The notes under the pieces were generated by a model, which was given only the letters and a program-made list of their open reading frames with translations, ran no database searches and had not been told where the DNA came from. Of a stretch of 21,103 bases of DNA, positions 1 to 9,483 are shown piece by piece. Origin of the DNA: an uncultured archaeon (GTDB lineage Archaea > Asgardarchaeota > Lokiarchaeia > Sigyniarchaeales > SOKP01); contig CAZGJX010000081.1 in NCBI GenBank assembly GCA_964525635.1, positions 1 to 21,103 on the forward strand, in the 5' to 3' direction. How positions within the stretch are numbered: the first letter of the stretch is position 1; the number at the start of each line of letters is the position of its first letter. The translations under genes were made by a program, and so were the position numbers.

Positions 1-410
1 ATAGCATAGAAAATAGCTTCATAAAGAAGATTGAAACTGCGACATAAAGGATTTGCACAGCTCTGTTTTATCATTTAGTATATAGCATAGAAAATAGCTT
101 CATAAAGAAGATTGAAACTGAAATTAATATATGCATATTGTCCAGAGAATTCTAGATAATATTATAGCATAGAAAATAGCTTCATAAAGAAGATTGAAAC
201 ATATCTGTAGGAATATAATCTCCTCCACTTAACGCTAGAATATAGCATAGAAAATAGCTTCATAAAGAAGATTGAAACTATTTCGTCATTATAGAACATA
301 TTGCTCCAATCTTAATAGCATAGAAAATAGCTTCATAAAGAAGATTGAAATTGAATATATACTGGGCTTGTTCCTAATTTGAATGGAGATAAATAGTATA
401 GAAAATAGCT
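1..410 (+). CRISPR. CRISPR array 1 (distal end; probably continues upstream of the window): 5 full repeats plus a truncated terminal repeat, 5 spacers of 36-45 nt
   Basis: 37-nt repeat ATAGCATAGAAAATAGCTTCATAAAGAAGATTGAAAC at 1-37, 82-118, 164-200, 242-278 and 315-351 (last base T). Half repeat ATAGTATAGAAAATAGCT at 393-410. Spacers are 44, 45, 41, 36 and 41 nt. The 3' ATTGAAAC 8-nt handle follows a CTTC-ATAAA-GAAG hairpin. This and the degenerate last repeat indicate + strand transcription. Confidence 0.98.
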
Positions 411-553
411 ATCTTTCGGGTTATGTAAAATTCATAAAAATTAAAATAGTAATAAAGTAATCTAATATATATAATGTAAACAGTGATATATTAATAGAAA
501 AATGCAGTAGTTAAGTGAATAAATATAGATTATTTATATAAGTCAATTTAATA

Positions 554-568
554 CATAAACTTTATATA
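554..568 (+). promoter_or_regulatory. Possible archaeal BRE/TATA promoter of the cas operon
   Basis: CATAAAC-TTTATATA upstream of the first cas gene. Weak evidence because the background is very AT-rich. Confidence 0.25.
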
Positions 569-700
569 TGTCCTTGCTAAAAATAATACTATTAGAGAAA
601 AATCTTCCAAAATCTAATATAAGGAATAATTTTTTGGAATAAGACATAATTAAGAAAAACTTCATTCAAAGTTTTTCAATTATTATCTGGGGTAAGTAAG

Positions 701-1978
701 ATGAATGATGAAGATAAAAAAATTATATTAATTCTTATAATAGGGACTAATCCATTACCTAACTTTATTGTTGCTAAATTTTATATATATCAAATTCGTA
801 AATTAATATTAATCTATTCTGAAGAAAACAACGTACAGGCTGGTACTGGGGACTATACCAATAGCATCCAAGAGGTATTGCCTTTGAATAATGTAGAATT
901 AGAATTAATTTCTTTAGAAGATATTAGTTCTGCCAACCGGATTCGAGAAGATCTACAAAAAAAGCTAAATATTAATCCATACGACCTTATCCATTTAAAT
1001 TATACTGGTGGAACCAAAAGTATGGTGGTCCATATCTATAATTTTATAAAAAAAAAAAATCCTAGAGCATTTTTTTCTTACCTTGATGCACGAAAGTATA
1101 AGATAGTGTATGATAATGGTGATTATTATCCTAAAAATGGTGATTTACGAGACATTATAATCCTAACTATGGACGACCTATTAAAATTACATTTATATAA
1201 GCGAAATGAGAAAACCAAAAAAAGCCCTAATTCGACCGTTCTTGATAAGTTAGATGCTCTCATAAAGAAAGACAAGATCTCGCAATTTATCCGTTGGATA
1301 GAATCAATTGATCCACTATATAAAAGAGAAGAAAAACTCCTCGAAAGAAAAACTAGATTTATCGAAAATAGTAATCATCCTTGCGTTGAGGAGGCAATAA
1401 ATAATTTTGAGAATATGTCTGATTTGGTTTTAGACATATTAAATAGTTTTCCTGAAAAAAAAAGACTTAATAAGCAAAATGATAAAAATTTGTGGATTCC
1501 AGAGGATATTATTTCAAACAAAGAATTTAAGGAAAGAATAAAAGAAACTTTTGAATTTCTAGACGGAAAATGGCTTGAATATTATATATACAATAAGATT
1601 TTATCAATTAAGACTTCTTCTAATGAAAAGATTTCAATTGGTCAATCAATTGAAGCATATAATAAAAAATCAAAAAAATTTGAACTTGATCTGTATATAA
1701 TCAAAGGGTATCAATTATTAGGAATATCAGTGACTACTATAATTAATAATGTTGGTTTATGCAAACATAAAGGATTTGAAATTATACATAGAATTAAACA
1801 AATTGGTGGAGATGAGGGGATTTCAATTCTGATCACAGGGTTGTCTAAAAATGACATCAGGAGTTTGAATGATGATTTAGAATATGCAACTGGAAGTGCA
1901 CACGGACTGGTTTTTGCTTTTGGTATAGAAGATTGGAAAGATATATCAAAAAAGATTGAAGAGGTCTTGAAATTATGA
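701..1978 (+). CDS. can2: CARF-domain cOA-activated nuclease, Can2/Card1 (DUF1887)-like type III ancillary effector
   Basis: N-terminal CARF signatures (IGTNPLPN; HLNYTGGTKSM; SYLDA). C-terminal restriction-endonuclease-like motifs (GKWLEYY, FELDL, ISVTT, CKHKGFE...QIGGDE). ATGA overlap with cas10. Confidence 0.85.
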   Translation: MNDEDKKIILILIIGTNPLPNFIVAKFYIYQIRKLILIYSEENNVQAGTGDYTNSIQEVLPLNNVELELISLEDISSANRIREDLQKKLNINPYDLIHLNYTGGTKSMVVHIYNFIKKKNPRAFFSYLDARKYKIVYDNGDYYPKNGDLRDIIILTMDDLLKLHLYKRNEKTKKSPNSTVLDKLDALIKKDKISQFIRWIESIDPLYKREEKLLERKTRFIENSNHPCVEEAINNFENMSDLVLDILNSFPEKKRLNKQNDKNLWIPEDIISNKEFKERIKETFEFLDGKWLEYYIYNKILSIKTSSNEKISIGQSIEAYNKKSKKFELDLYIIKGYQLLGISVTTIINNVGLCKHKGFEIIHRIKQIGGDEGISILITGLSKNDIRSLNDDLEYATGSAHGLVFAFGIEDWKDISKKIEEVLKL

Positions 1979-3513
1979 CACAAATAAGTGCGGTACTTAT
2001 TGATACAATTGCAATACAAGAATATATTTTTTCAAGTAATAGGTTAAAAAATAATGTTAGCGCATCTTATATTATTAGTAATATTTTTAAAGAAGAATTA
2101 AGATTAGCATTAGAAAGATGTTTTAAATCCACTTATGATTACGATATTTGGAGATCTAAACCTTCTGAGTCTATAATAAGTTCTCTTTCATTTTCCTTCG
2201 AAATAGGATATATTGGAGGAGGAAACGCTTTAATTCTTATTAAAGAGAAACTTAAGGTAAAAGAATTTATAAAGATTTTCAGTTTAATCCTTCTTCAGAG
2301 ATATCCTGGATTAAGAACAGGTTATGGATTAATTTATGATTTTGATTTCTCTAACATTAAAGATTCAATGAAAAGATTGCATTTTATTTTAAAACGCAAT
2401 AAATATAACTATTTTCCAAAAGTCAATTTACTTAAATATGGAATAACTGCGGAATGTCCAGAGTCGGGAGAAAGTGCAGAATTATTCAAAAATGATAAAT
2501 ATCAATTTATTTCTGGTGTAATAAAAGCAAAGATTGATAAAGAAATGATCGCATTGAACTCATTAAGAGAGGAATTTAGCTTTGAACTCAAAGATAAATA
2601 TACATTTACTAATGATCTTGATAATCTTGGAAAACCTGAAGGATTTAATTATATTTCAATAGTTTGTATCGATGGTAATCGTGTTGGCTCTCAAATTAAA
2701 AATTGTACATCCTTGGAAAAAATTCGAGAGACTTCAATAAAAATTGAAAATCTCTTTTTAAGAGCATTTAAAGAAATAATAAGAATAGGGTGCGTAAGGA
2801 ACATTGAAAACAAAATTATAGAGAAGGATGAAGGTTTTGAACTTATACAGGAAAATAATAAAATAATCCTTCCTATCCGACCAATTATTATAGCGGGAGA
2901 TAATATTACATTTGTATGTAATGGAAGACTTGCTTTGTACTTAACAGATTTATATATTAAATCCTTGGTTAGGCTTTCAATATCAGATAATTTTCCTTTA
3001 TCTGCTTGTGCTGGGATATCTATAGTCAAAACTAAATATCCAATTTACAGGGCATATCGAATTGCAGAAGATTTATTAAGACGTGCTAAACGGCTATCCA
3101 GAGAAGAAAAAAATTCAAATTTTATCGATTTTTTTATTTCTACGGGAGGTCTTGGAGGAAATATCCATGAGGATTTTAATAATTACTACGGAGCTTTTGA
3201 AGGAAATGCTCATTTTGGACCTTATAGAATTTCTCAAAAAATTGATGAAAAAAGTGTTATAAATCTCAAAAAAAATATTAAGCAATTTTATACATGGCCT
3301 AAAAATAAGTTGTATAATTTTAGGGAAAAACTTTACGGAAGCAGAGATGAAGCTAGAAAGTATTTGGAAGAATTAAAGGAACAAGGTTGTGTTCTACATG
3401 AATTAGATGGCACACAATACCATATATCCATTTGGGAAAATCAAAAGACACCATATTTTGATCCAATTGATTTATTAGAATTTTATCCATTAAAACTATT
3501 AGAGGATGTTTGA
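1975..3513 (+). CDS. cas10: Type III-D Cas10 large subunit, no HD domain; Palm2 motif reads AGDN
   Basis: IDTIAIQEYIFSSNRL N-terminus, YIGGGNA (Palm1), CIDGNRVG, LPIRPIIIAGDNITFV (GGDD position), LSACAGI...YPIYRAYRIAEDL. The 512-aa length fits HD-less III-D Cas10. Confidence 0.93.
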   Translation: MTQISAVLIDTIAIQEYIFSSNRLKNNVSASYIISNIFKEELRLALERCFKSTYDYDIWRSKPSESIISSLSFSFEIGYIGGGNALILIKEKLKVKEFIKIFSLILLQRYPGLRTGYGLIYDFDFSNIKDSMKRLHFILKRNKYNYFPKVNLLKYGITAECPESGESAELFKNDKYQFISGVIKAKIDKEMIALNSLREEFSFELKDKYTFTNDLDNLGKPEGFNYISIVCIDGNRVGSQIKNCTSLEKIRETSIKIENLFLRAFKEIIRIGCVRNIENKIIEKDEGFELIQENNKIILPIRPIIIAGDNITFVCNGRLALYLTDLYIKSLVRLSISDNFPLSACAGISIVKTKYPIYRAYRIAEDLLRRAKRLSREEKNSNFIDFFISTGGLGGNIHEDFNNYYGAFEGNAHFGPYRISQKIDEKSVINLKKNIKQFYTWPKNKLYNFREKLYGSRDEARKYLEELKEQGCVLHELDGTQYHISIWENQKTPYFDPIDLLEFYPLKLLEDV

Positions 3514-5698
3514 TATGGAATTAACAATAAAAATTTTATCCTATGCTTTAGTTGGATCAGGGGAAGGAACAGGAGTTTTAAATAATGATTGTATTTACGA
3601 CTCTCTTGGGATTCCATATATTCCTGCCCGAAGAATTAAGGGTATATTAAAGGAAATGTGTTATGAAGTGTGTGATATCCTTGGTATAAATAAACAAATA
3701 GTTTTAAATATTTTCGGTGAGAGTGGTTTTAAAAGAGCTAAAATTAATATTCAAAACCTTTATATCAATGATTATGGTCAAATAAAAAAAGAAATAAAAT
3801 ATTTAAGACAAAAAATGCAATATTTCAAGCTCCTTACAAAAAATAAATTAAAATCTTATTATACAACGATTAGGCAACAAATAGCAATTGATGTGAATGG
3901 GATTGCATTATCAAAATCTCTAAGAACTTATAGAGTTTTAAAACCGGGTTTACAATTTAAAACCAATTTCTCTACAAAAAAGCTAACTGAATATGAAATA
4001 GCTCTTCTTTTTTTAGCATGTATCAATTTTAGAAGATTCGGAACATTGAGAAATATTGGGTTTGGGAAAATTGAATGTGTTCTAAATACTAATATAAAGT
4101 TACAAAATGCTATTAAGATGGTTAAAGATTTCGAAAATATAGACAAAAAAATCCCTACTCGTAATAAACAATTTATTCCAAACCTTTCTGGTCATAAAAA
4201 AAGTATGTATTATGTTATAAAAACACTAAATCCAATCATTTTGAGTTCTAATAGAGGAAACTCAAATACTATTATTAGTCAAAAGATTATTCCATCTTCA
4301 ACAATAAAAGGATTACTGGCTAATTTATATATTCAAATAAGTGGATTAAATAATATATCAATACAAGATAATGAACATTTTTATCATATTTTCCTAAAAA
4401 ATGCTTTGAATTTCAACCCTGCCTATCCTTTTGAAAGTAACAAAATATTTTTTCCTCCTCCAGCATTTATTCAAGAAGAAAAAGGAAATACGAGAAATAA
4501 TATTTATAACCTTTTTTTAGATAATGTGGATGAAGAAACAATTCCATTAAATGAATTTATCAATGTAGATAATAACAATATTTTAACTTATTCACCAGAT
4601 TCTATCCAGTTTTTTCATACTGCTATTAATAGACATGCTGATAAATCAAATGAGCCAGAAATTTTTTATTATGAAGCACTTAAAAGGGATCAGCAGTTTA
4701 AGGGAACTATATACGGAGATGAAGGATATTTAGATGAATTTAAAAAGTTTTTTGGTGATAAGTTTATTGCATGGATTGGAAAATCAAAAAGTGCTCAATA
4801 TGGTAAAGTTGAAGTCTTATTTGGGAATATTGAAGATGTAAATGAAAATAATTATGTGGGTGATGAAGAATTTATTATTACAGCAATTTCACCAATAATT
4901 CTTTATAATAATTATGGTTTTCCTGAGTCTTCAATTTCACTTTTAACACAATATCTTGAGACTAAATATAACATAAAAATAAAAGAAGTAAAAGGTTTTG
5001 CGACGAAAAATTATGTAGAGCATTATGTTAATGTTTGGTATTCAAAATCTCCTAGAGATGTTGCTTTTGGAGAAGGATCCTCATTTTTAATTAAATTAGA
5101 TTCATCAATCGATGAGGACATAAATAATATACTAAATAAAATGGAGATTGAAGGATTAGGAAGAGAAAAAGAAAATGGGTTTGGGAAAATAAAAATTAAT
5201 TGGATTACAAGAAAATCTTACCAAAAACAAAGATTAGAATTAAAAGAAGATATTAAAACAACCATTCCAATCCTAAAAACTAAACCCTTAATATGGTTTC
5301 TTTTAAAAACCCAAATTATTGATGCATTTAGAAATGCAGGTTACAAACAGGTCATAATGAAGCGAGATAGTGGTTTGACTATCCCAAATAGTTTAATTGG
5401 GAGGTTAAATGGTATTTTAAATAAATCTAATGATGAAAATTCTTTAAATTCCTTTATTCTTAAAATGGATGAAAAAACTGCTCAGAAAACATTAAAAAAT
5501 GCTTTGCTCTGGAATGATTTATTAAATTTCAAAAAAATTTATTATAAAGTCTATAACAACATAGACTTCTCTGAAAATATAGCTATCGCTAATGAACTTA
5601 GTTTTTCATTAGACGATTATATATTTGAATATCTAAAAGTATATTGGGTGACATTTTTTAGATATATGAGATTGGAAAATAAAAAGAAGGGGATATGA
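3506..5698 (+). CDS. csx10: Cas7-Cas5(Csx10)-Cas11 fusion RAMP protein (type III-Dv-like)
   Basis: N-terminal Cas7 (GSGEG, D.LGIPYIPARRIKG, G-rich loop RNIGFGKI). Central Cas5/Csx10 RAMP (IPSSTIKG, IGKSKSAQYGKV, GLGREKENGFGKI). C-terminal ~130-aa helical Cas11/Csm2-like region (IPNSLIGRL...YWVTFF). Confidence 0.85.
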   Translation: MFDMELTIKILSYALVGSGEGTGVLNNDCIYDSLGIPYIPARRIKGILKEMCYEVCDILGINKQIVLNIFGESGFKRAKINIQNLYINDYGQIKKEIKYLRQKMQYFKLLTKNKLKSYYTTIRQQIAIDVNGIALSKSLRTYRVLKPGLQFKTNFSTKKLTEYEIALLFLACINFRRFGTLRNIGFGKIECVLNTNIKLQNAIKMVKDFENIDKKIPTRNKQFIPNLSGHKKSMYYVIKTLNPIILSSNRGNSNTIISQKIIPSSTIKGLLANLYIQISGLNNISIQDNEHFYHIFLKNALNFNPAYPFESNKIFFPPPAFIQEEKGNTRNNIYNLFLDNVDEETIPLNEFINVDNNNILTYSPDSIQFFHTAINRHADKSNEPEIFYYEALKRDQQFKGTIYGDEGYLDEFKKFFGDKFIAWIGKSKSAQYGKVEVLFGNIEDVNENNYVGDEEFIITAISPIILYNNYGFPESSISLLTQYLETKYNIKIKEVKGFATKNYVEHYVNVWYSKSPRDVAFGEGSSFLIKLDSSIDEDINNILNKMEIEGLGREKENGFGKIKINWITRKSYQKQRLELKEDIKTTIPILKTKPLIWFLLKTQIIDAFRNAGYKQVIMKRDSGLTIPNSLIGRLNGILNKSNDENSLNSFILKMDEKTAQKTLKNALLWNDLLNFKKIYYKVYNNIDFSENIAIANELSFSLDDYIFEYLKVYWVTFFRYMRLENKKKGI

Positions 5699-5701
5699 GA
5701 T

Positions 5702-7042
5702 ATGGATCGACTAACAAGTAAATTAATTTTACAAGGGGAAATTATAAATATTTCTCCATTGGTTATTGGAAGTAATAAAGGTGGTCTAGTAGATGTTGAA
5801 TTAATAAAAAATGAAATTGGTGATTTTTATATTCCAGCTACCTCATTTAAAGGAACTTTAAAACATTATTTATTGTTGAATTTTAAAAAGAGAGTAAAGA
5901 ATTTAGTTAATAAGTATTTAGGTTCAGAGGAAAGTGAGGGAATTTTCATTATACAAGACTTAAAAGCGATTACTTCTATGAATATAACGGTAAGGGACGG
6001 CATTGCAATTGACCAAACAAAGGGAGTTTCAAAAGAAGGGGCAAAATTCAACTATGAAATTTTAGAACCAAATACGAGATTTAAATTAGAAATAGAAATC
6101 GCTATAAATGATTCGATAAATGAGGGTGAAGTAAATAAGTTTCTAAAAACTATTATCGAGGAATTGAACGAAGGACATTTACGGATAGGGGCAATGAATA
6201 CAAAAGGATATGGCAAAATTAAATTAGATAAATTCAGTTTATTTGAATTTAATTTTCCCACAGATGGAGGAGATTGGTTTAATTATTTAATTAATAAATC
6301 CATTGATCCTAAGTTAGAAATATCGCTTAAAGATTATGATTCCTACGAATATATTAAAAATGACAAATGTATATTTAAAATAAGTTTTCAAATTAAGAGC
6401 TCTTTAATCATAGGAGCTACTCCCTCTAATCCTAATGATCCGGATAAAATCCATATACTAAGCAATGGCATACCAGTTCTAACCGGTACGTCAATAAAAG
6501 GCGCACTTAAAGCAAGAGCAATAAAAATTATTAATACGTTAGGTGGAAATGGGGATGAAATGCTAAGGGATCTTTTTGGTTGGATAGATCTTACCAATAA
6601 AAGTAAAACTAAGTATAAGAGTCGTGTTATTTTAAATGATGAAGTTATTGAAAATGTGAATAAAACTAAACATAATAGAATTAAGATTGATAGATTTACA
6701 GGAGGGACGATCATGGGTGCATTATTTAGTTCTCAACCATTATGGCATGAAAATGAAAAAATCAATATTACCTTATCGCTAAAACAAGCAAAAGAATGGG
6801 AAATTGGATTATTATTACAGGTTTTTAAGGATCTTTGGAATGAGGACTTACCCATTGGAGGAGAAATAAATGTTGGGAGAGGTTTGCTCATAGGGGACCT
6901 AATAACGATTATATTTAATAACGAAAAATTTGAGATTTCCAAGAATAAAGAAATTCTTGCAATTGTTGGAGATAAAAATAAACTTGAAAATTTTTCTCAA
7001 GCATTAATTAATGAAATTGGAGATGGAAAAAATGAAAAATGA
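5702..7042 (+). CDS. csm3: Cas7-Cas7 (Cas7-2x, Csm3-group) double-RAMP backbone subunit
   Basis: Two RAMP repeats. First: SPLVIGS...YIPATSFKG...RDGIAID...IGAMNTKGYG. Second: SSLIIG...VLTGTSIKG...RIKIDRFTGG...IGGEINVGRG. Confidence 0.9.
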   Translation: MDRLTSKLILQGEIINISPLVIGSNKGGLVDVELIKNEIGDFYIPATSFKGTLKHYLLLNFKKRVKNLVNKYLGSEESEGIFIIQDLKAITSMNITVRDGIAIDQTKGVSKEGAKFNYEILEPNTRFKLEIEIAINDSINEGEVNKFLKTIIEELNEGHLRIGAMNTKGYGKIKLDKFSLFEFNFPTDGGDWFNYLINKSIDPKLEISLKDYDSYEYIKNDKCIFKISFQIKSSLIIGATPSNPNDPDKIHILSNGIPVLTGTSIKGALKARAIKIINTLGGNGDEMLRDLFGWIDLTNKSKTKYKSRVILNDEVIENVNKTKHNRIKIDRFTGGTIMGALFSSQPLWHENEKINITLSLKQAKEWEIGLLLQVFKDLWNEDLPIGGEINVGRGLLIGDLITIIFNNEKFEISKNKEILAIVGDKNKLENFSQALINEIGDGKNEK

Positions 7043-7616
7043 TGAAAATTTATATAAAGTTGAGTCTATTCTTTCGCTTAGTAAGAAGGAAACTGGGTTC
7101 AAGGAGAGAATATCTGAAATTGTTTTGTCTAAATTAGATAAAGGTTCAATTATTTGTTGGTTAAATCATACTTTGTTATTTGGGATAATAAAAGAAGGCA
7201 ATATAAGGATATATCCAAAAGATTTACCAATTTTTGAAAAACATTTAATTCGATTAAGGGCATTTAATGAAATGGAAGAATTATATATCTGGAAAGATTG
7301 CAATGATTTTCATTATAGATATAGAATTGACAAAGATCATACAGGACAAGAACAAGATTTTATAGAAGCTCATCAAATATTATTAGGGACAAAAATAACC
7401 CCTCTTGAGAATGAATTTTCAAAAGTTTCAGAGAAAAGAGGAGTTCAGTTTATCATCCCTTCAAAGTGGCTTAGCAATAAACAAATAGATAATAATCATA
7501 AAATTGTATTAAATACACGAAATTATATAGTATATAATGATATTGGCCAAGCAAGTTTCTTTGATAGTAGATTTCTTAGTATAGGATTAGAGGAGGTAGA
7601 ATTGAATGAAGAATGA
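7032..7616 (+). CDS. csx19: Type III-D subunit Csx19 (TIGR03984-like)
   Basis: LRAFNEMEELYIWK and RNYIVYNDIGQASFFDSRF motifs, located between Cas7-2x and Cas7-insertion. ATG 7032 (GGAG upstream, overlaps the previous stop) is preferred over 7011. Confidence 0.88.
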   Translation: MKNDENLYKVESILSLSKKETGFKERISEIVLSKLDKGSIICWLNHTLLFGIIKEGNIRIYPKDLPIFEKHLIRLRAFNEMEELYIWKDCNDFHYRYRIDKDHTGQEQDFIEAHQILLGTKITPLENEFSKVSEKRGVQFIIPSKWLSNKQIDNNHKIVLNTRNYIVYNDIGQASFFDSRFLSIGLEEVELNEE

Positions 7617-9267
7617 AGCGAAATCCCCCTACAATTTTATTCCTTTAAATGATAAGGTTGTTAAAGTAGAACAACCTGATTTCGATTTTAGTGTGTATCA
7701 TAAAGATAGGTATAATGGATATTTGCGCATAAAGCTGGAAACTAAAACCCCACTTTTCATAAAAGGAGAAGAATACAATTTCTTTTCAATTGGTGATAAT
7801 ATTAAGATTCCAGGGAGTTCATTACGAGGCATGATACGATCATTATTAGAAATTGTTACATATAGTAAATTAAACTATGTTGATACTAAAAGAAGATTTT
7901 ATTATAGATGGGTAGCAGGATCATTCTCAACACTTCGAAAATATTATGCTAAAAAAATGAAAGGTGTCCAAGGAGGTTATCTATCTTTTAACACTCAAGA
8001 TGATGAATATTTTATTACACCAGCAAAATCAATGAATGGAAAGACATTTACTAAGTTTCGAGATAATTCTAAACAATTTAAGTATGAAAAACAATATAAT
8101 GGAAGTTGGAAGGTCTGGAGTGGTATGATTCAAGGTAAAAAACATAATTGGATAATTAATAAGCCAGATTTATCAATAAAAAAAATTTTTTTATCAAAAA
8201 GAGATTTGAATTGTTATATTAATGATGAAAATCGTAATTTCATTTTTGAAATTGACAACGAGAAAAAAGGATTACTTGAAATGGCTAACGATCACACCTT
8301 ATTCCCTAACGGAGTTCCAATTTTTTATAACAAATTAAAAAATTTAGTTTTATTATTTGGACATACTAAGAACTTCCGTATTCCATACCTAAAAACTATA
8401 AATAATCATATTCCAGAAAATCTATCCTCGGATCAAATTACAGACATGACTGAAGCGTTATTTGGGAAAAAAAATCAATGGCAGACAAGAATTTTCTTTG
8501 AAGATGCTGATTTACTACCAAATCAAGATAATATCTTTCTTAAAGAGAGTTCTCCAAAAATTTTAACCTCCCCTAAACCTACTTGTTTTCAACATTATTT
8601 AGAACAACCAAATAAATCTGATAAGAATAAAATCAAACATTGGGATGACTCTAACATTAAGATTAGAGGCAGGAAATTATATTGGCATAGAAATCCTCCA
8701 ATGAAAGAAAGTGAAACGTCATGGAGTGAAGGAAGTATCCTAATTGATACCCAACATATAAAAATAAAACCATTAAGGAAAGATTTAAATTTTACATCAA
8801 GAATACGGTTTGAAAATCTTTCAAAAATAGAGCTTGGTGCCTTGTTATTTGTTCTTAATTTACCAAATAATTGCTTTCACAAAATTGGAATGGGAAAACC
8901 TCTAGGATTAGGTTCGATACATATAAAAACCGAATTGTTTTTAATTGATAGAATAAAGCGATACAGCTCTTTATTTAAAGGTTTAAATTGGCAACAAGGA
9001 TTAGTCAAGTCTGATTTCAATAAGTTTAAAAATGATTTTGAAAAATTTATGCTTGATAATATAACTGAGAAAGAACGAAATAATGCAGAGGTTCTCTGGG
9101 ATACACCTATTTTAAAAACTTTAAAATTAATGCTTGACTGGAAAAATACTAATCAAAAGGACTGGTCTAAAAGAACAAAGTATTTGGATTTAAACGATTT
9201 TAAAAATAGGAGAATTTTGAAAGAACCAGAGGAAATTGTCGGTTTCAATAATCATAATCCTAATTAG
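7606..9267 (+). CDS. cas7: Cas7 with large insertion (TIGR03986-like RAMP), type III-D
   Basis: SPYNFIPL, TPLFI, IPGSSLRGMIRS, LTSPKPT..HYL, RGRKLYWH, IRFENLS..ELGALL, HKIGMGKPLGLGSI. Confidence 0.92.
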   Translation: MKNEAKSPYNFIPLNDKVVKVEQPDFDFSVYHKDRYNGYLRIKLETKTPLFIKGEEYNFFSIGDNIKIPGSSLRGMIRSLLEIVTYSKLNYVDTKRRFYYRWVAGSFSTLRKYYAKKMKGVQGGYLSFNTQDDEYFITPAKSMNGKTFTKFRDNSKQFKYEKQYNGSWKVWSGMIQGKKHNWIINKPDLSIKKIFLSKRDLNCYINDENRNFIFEIDNEKKGLLEMANDHTLFPNGVPIFYNKLKNLVLLFGHTKNFRIPYLKTINNHIPENLSSDQITDMTEALFGKKNQWQTRIFFEDADLLPNQDNIFLKESSPKILTSPKPTCFQHYLEQPNKSDKNKIKHWDDSNIKIRGRKLYWHRNPPMKESETSWSEGSILIDTQHIKIKPLRKDLNFTSRIRFENLSKIELGALLFVLNLPNNCFHKIGMGKPLGLGSIHIKTELFLIDRIKRYSSLFKGLNWQQGLVKSDFNKFKNDFEKFMLDNITEKERNNAEVLWDTPILKTLKLMLDWKNTNQKDWSKRTKYLDLNDFKNRRILKEPEEIVGFNNHNPN

Positions 9268-9327
9268 TTTATATTTTTCTATTATAAATCTAATGATAAT
9301 GATAATAATTTTTTTATCTTATTTAAT

Positions 9328-9364
9328 CCCTCTGAGAGAAAAGCTTCATAAATAAGATACATTT
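9328..9364 (+). repeat. Isolated degenerate CRISPR repeat A
   Basis: AGAGAAAAGCTTCATAAATAAGAT (9335-9358) matches repeat positions 8-31 at 21/24 ungapped, and positions 15-31 at 16/17. It starts 60 nt after the last cas stop. Confidence 0.7.
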
Positions 9365-9483
9365 TGTTTTAATTAATTTTCATTGTTATAATTTTTTGAA
9401 GTAGAAAGGATTTAAATTTTTGTATTGAATTGTTATTCATACCAAATGATAAAAAAAAATATTATTTTAATGTGGTTAAATAT

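Noticed and set aside
1711-6942. Minus-strand ORFs 1711-2019, 2691-3029, 3928-4146, 5866-6051, 6052-6261, 6388-6714 and 6733-6942
   Set aside because: Antisense shadows of well-supported cas genes, with no motifs.
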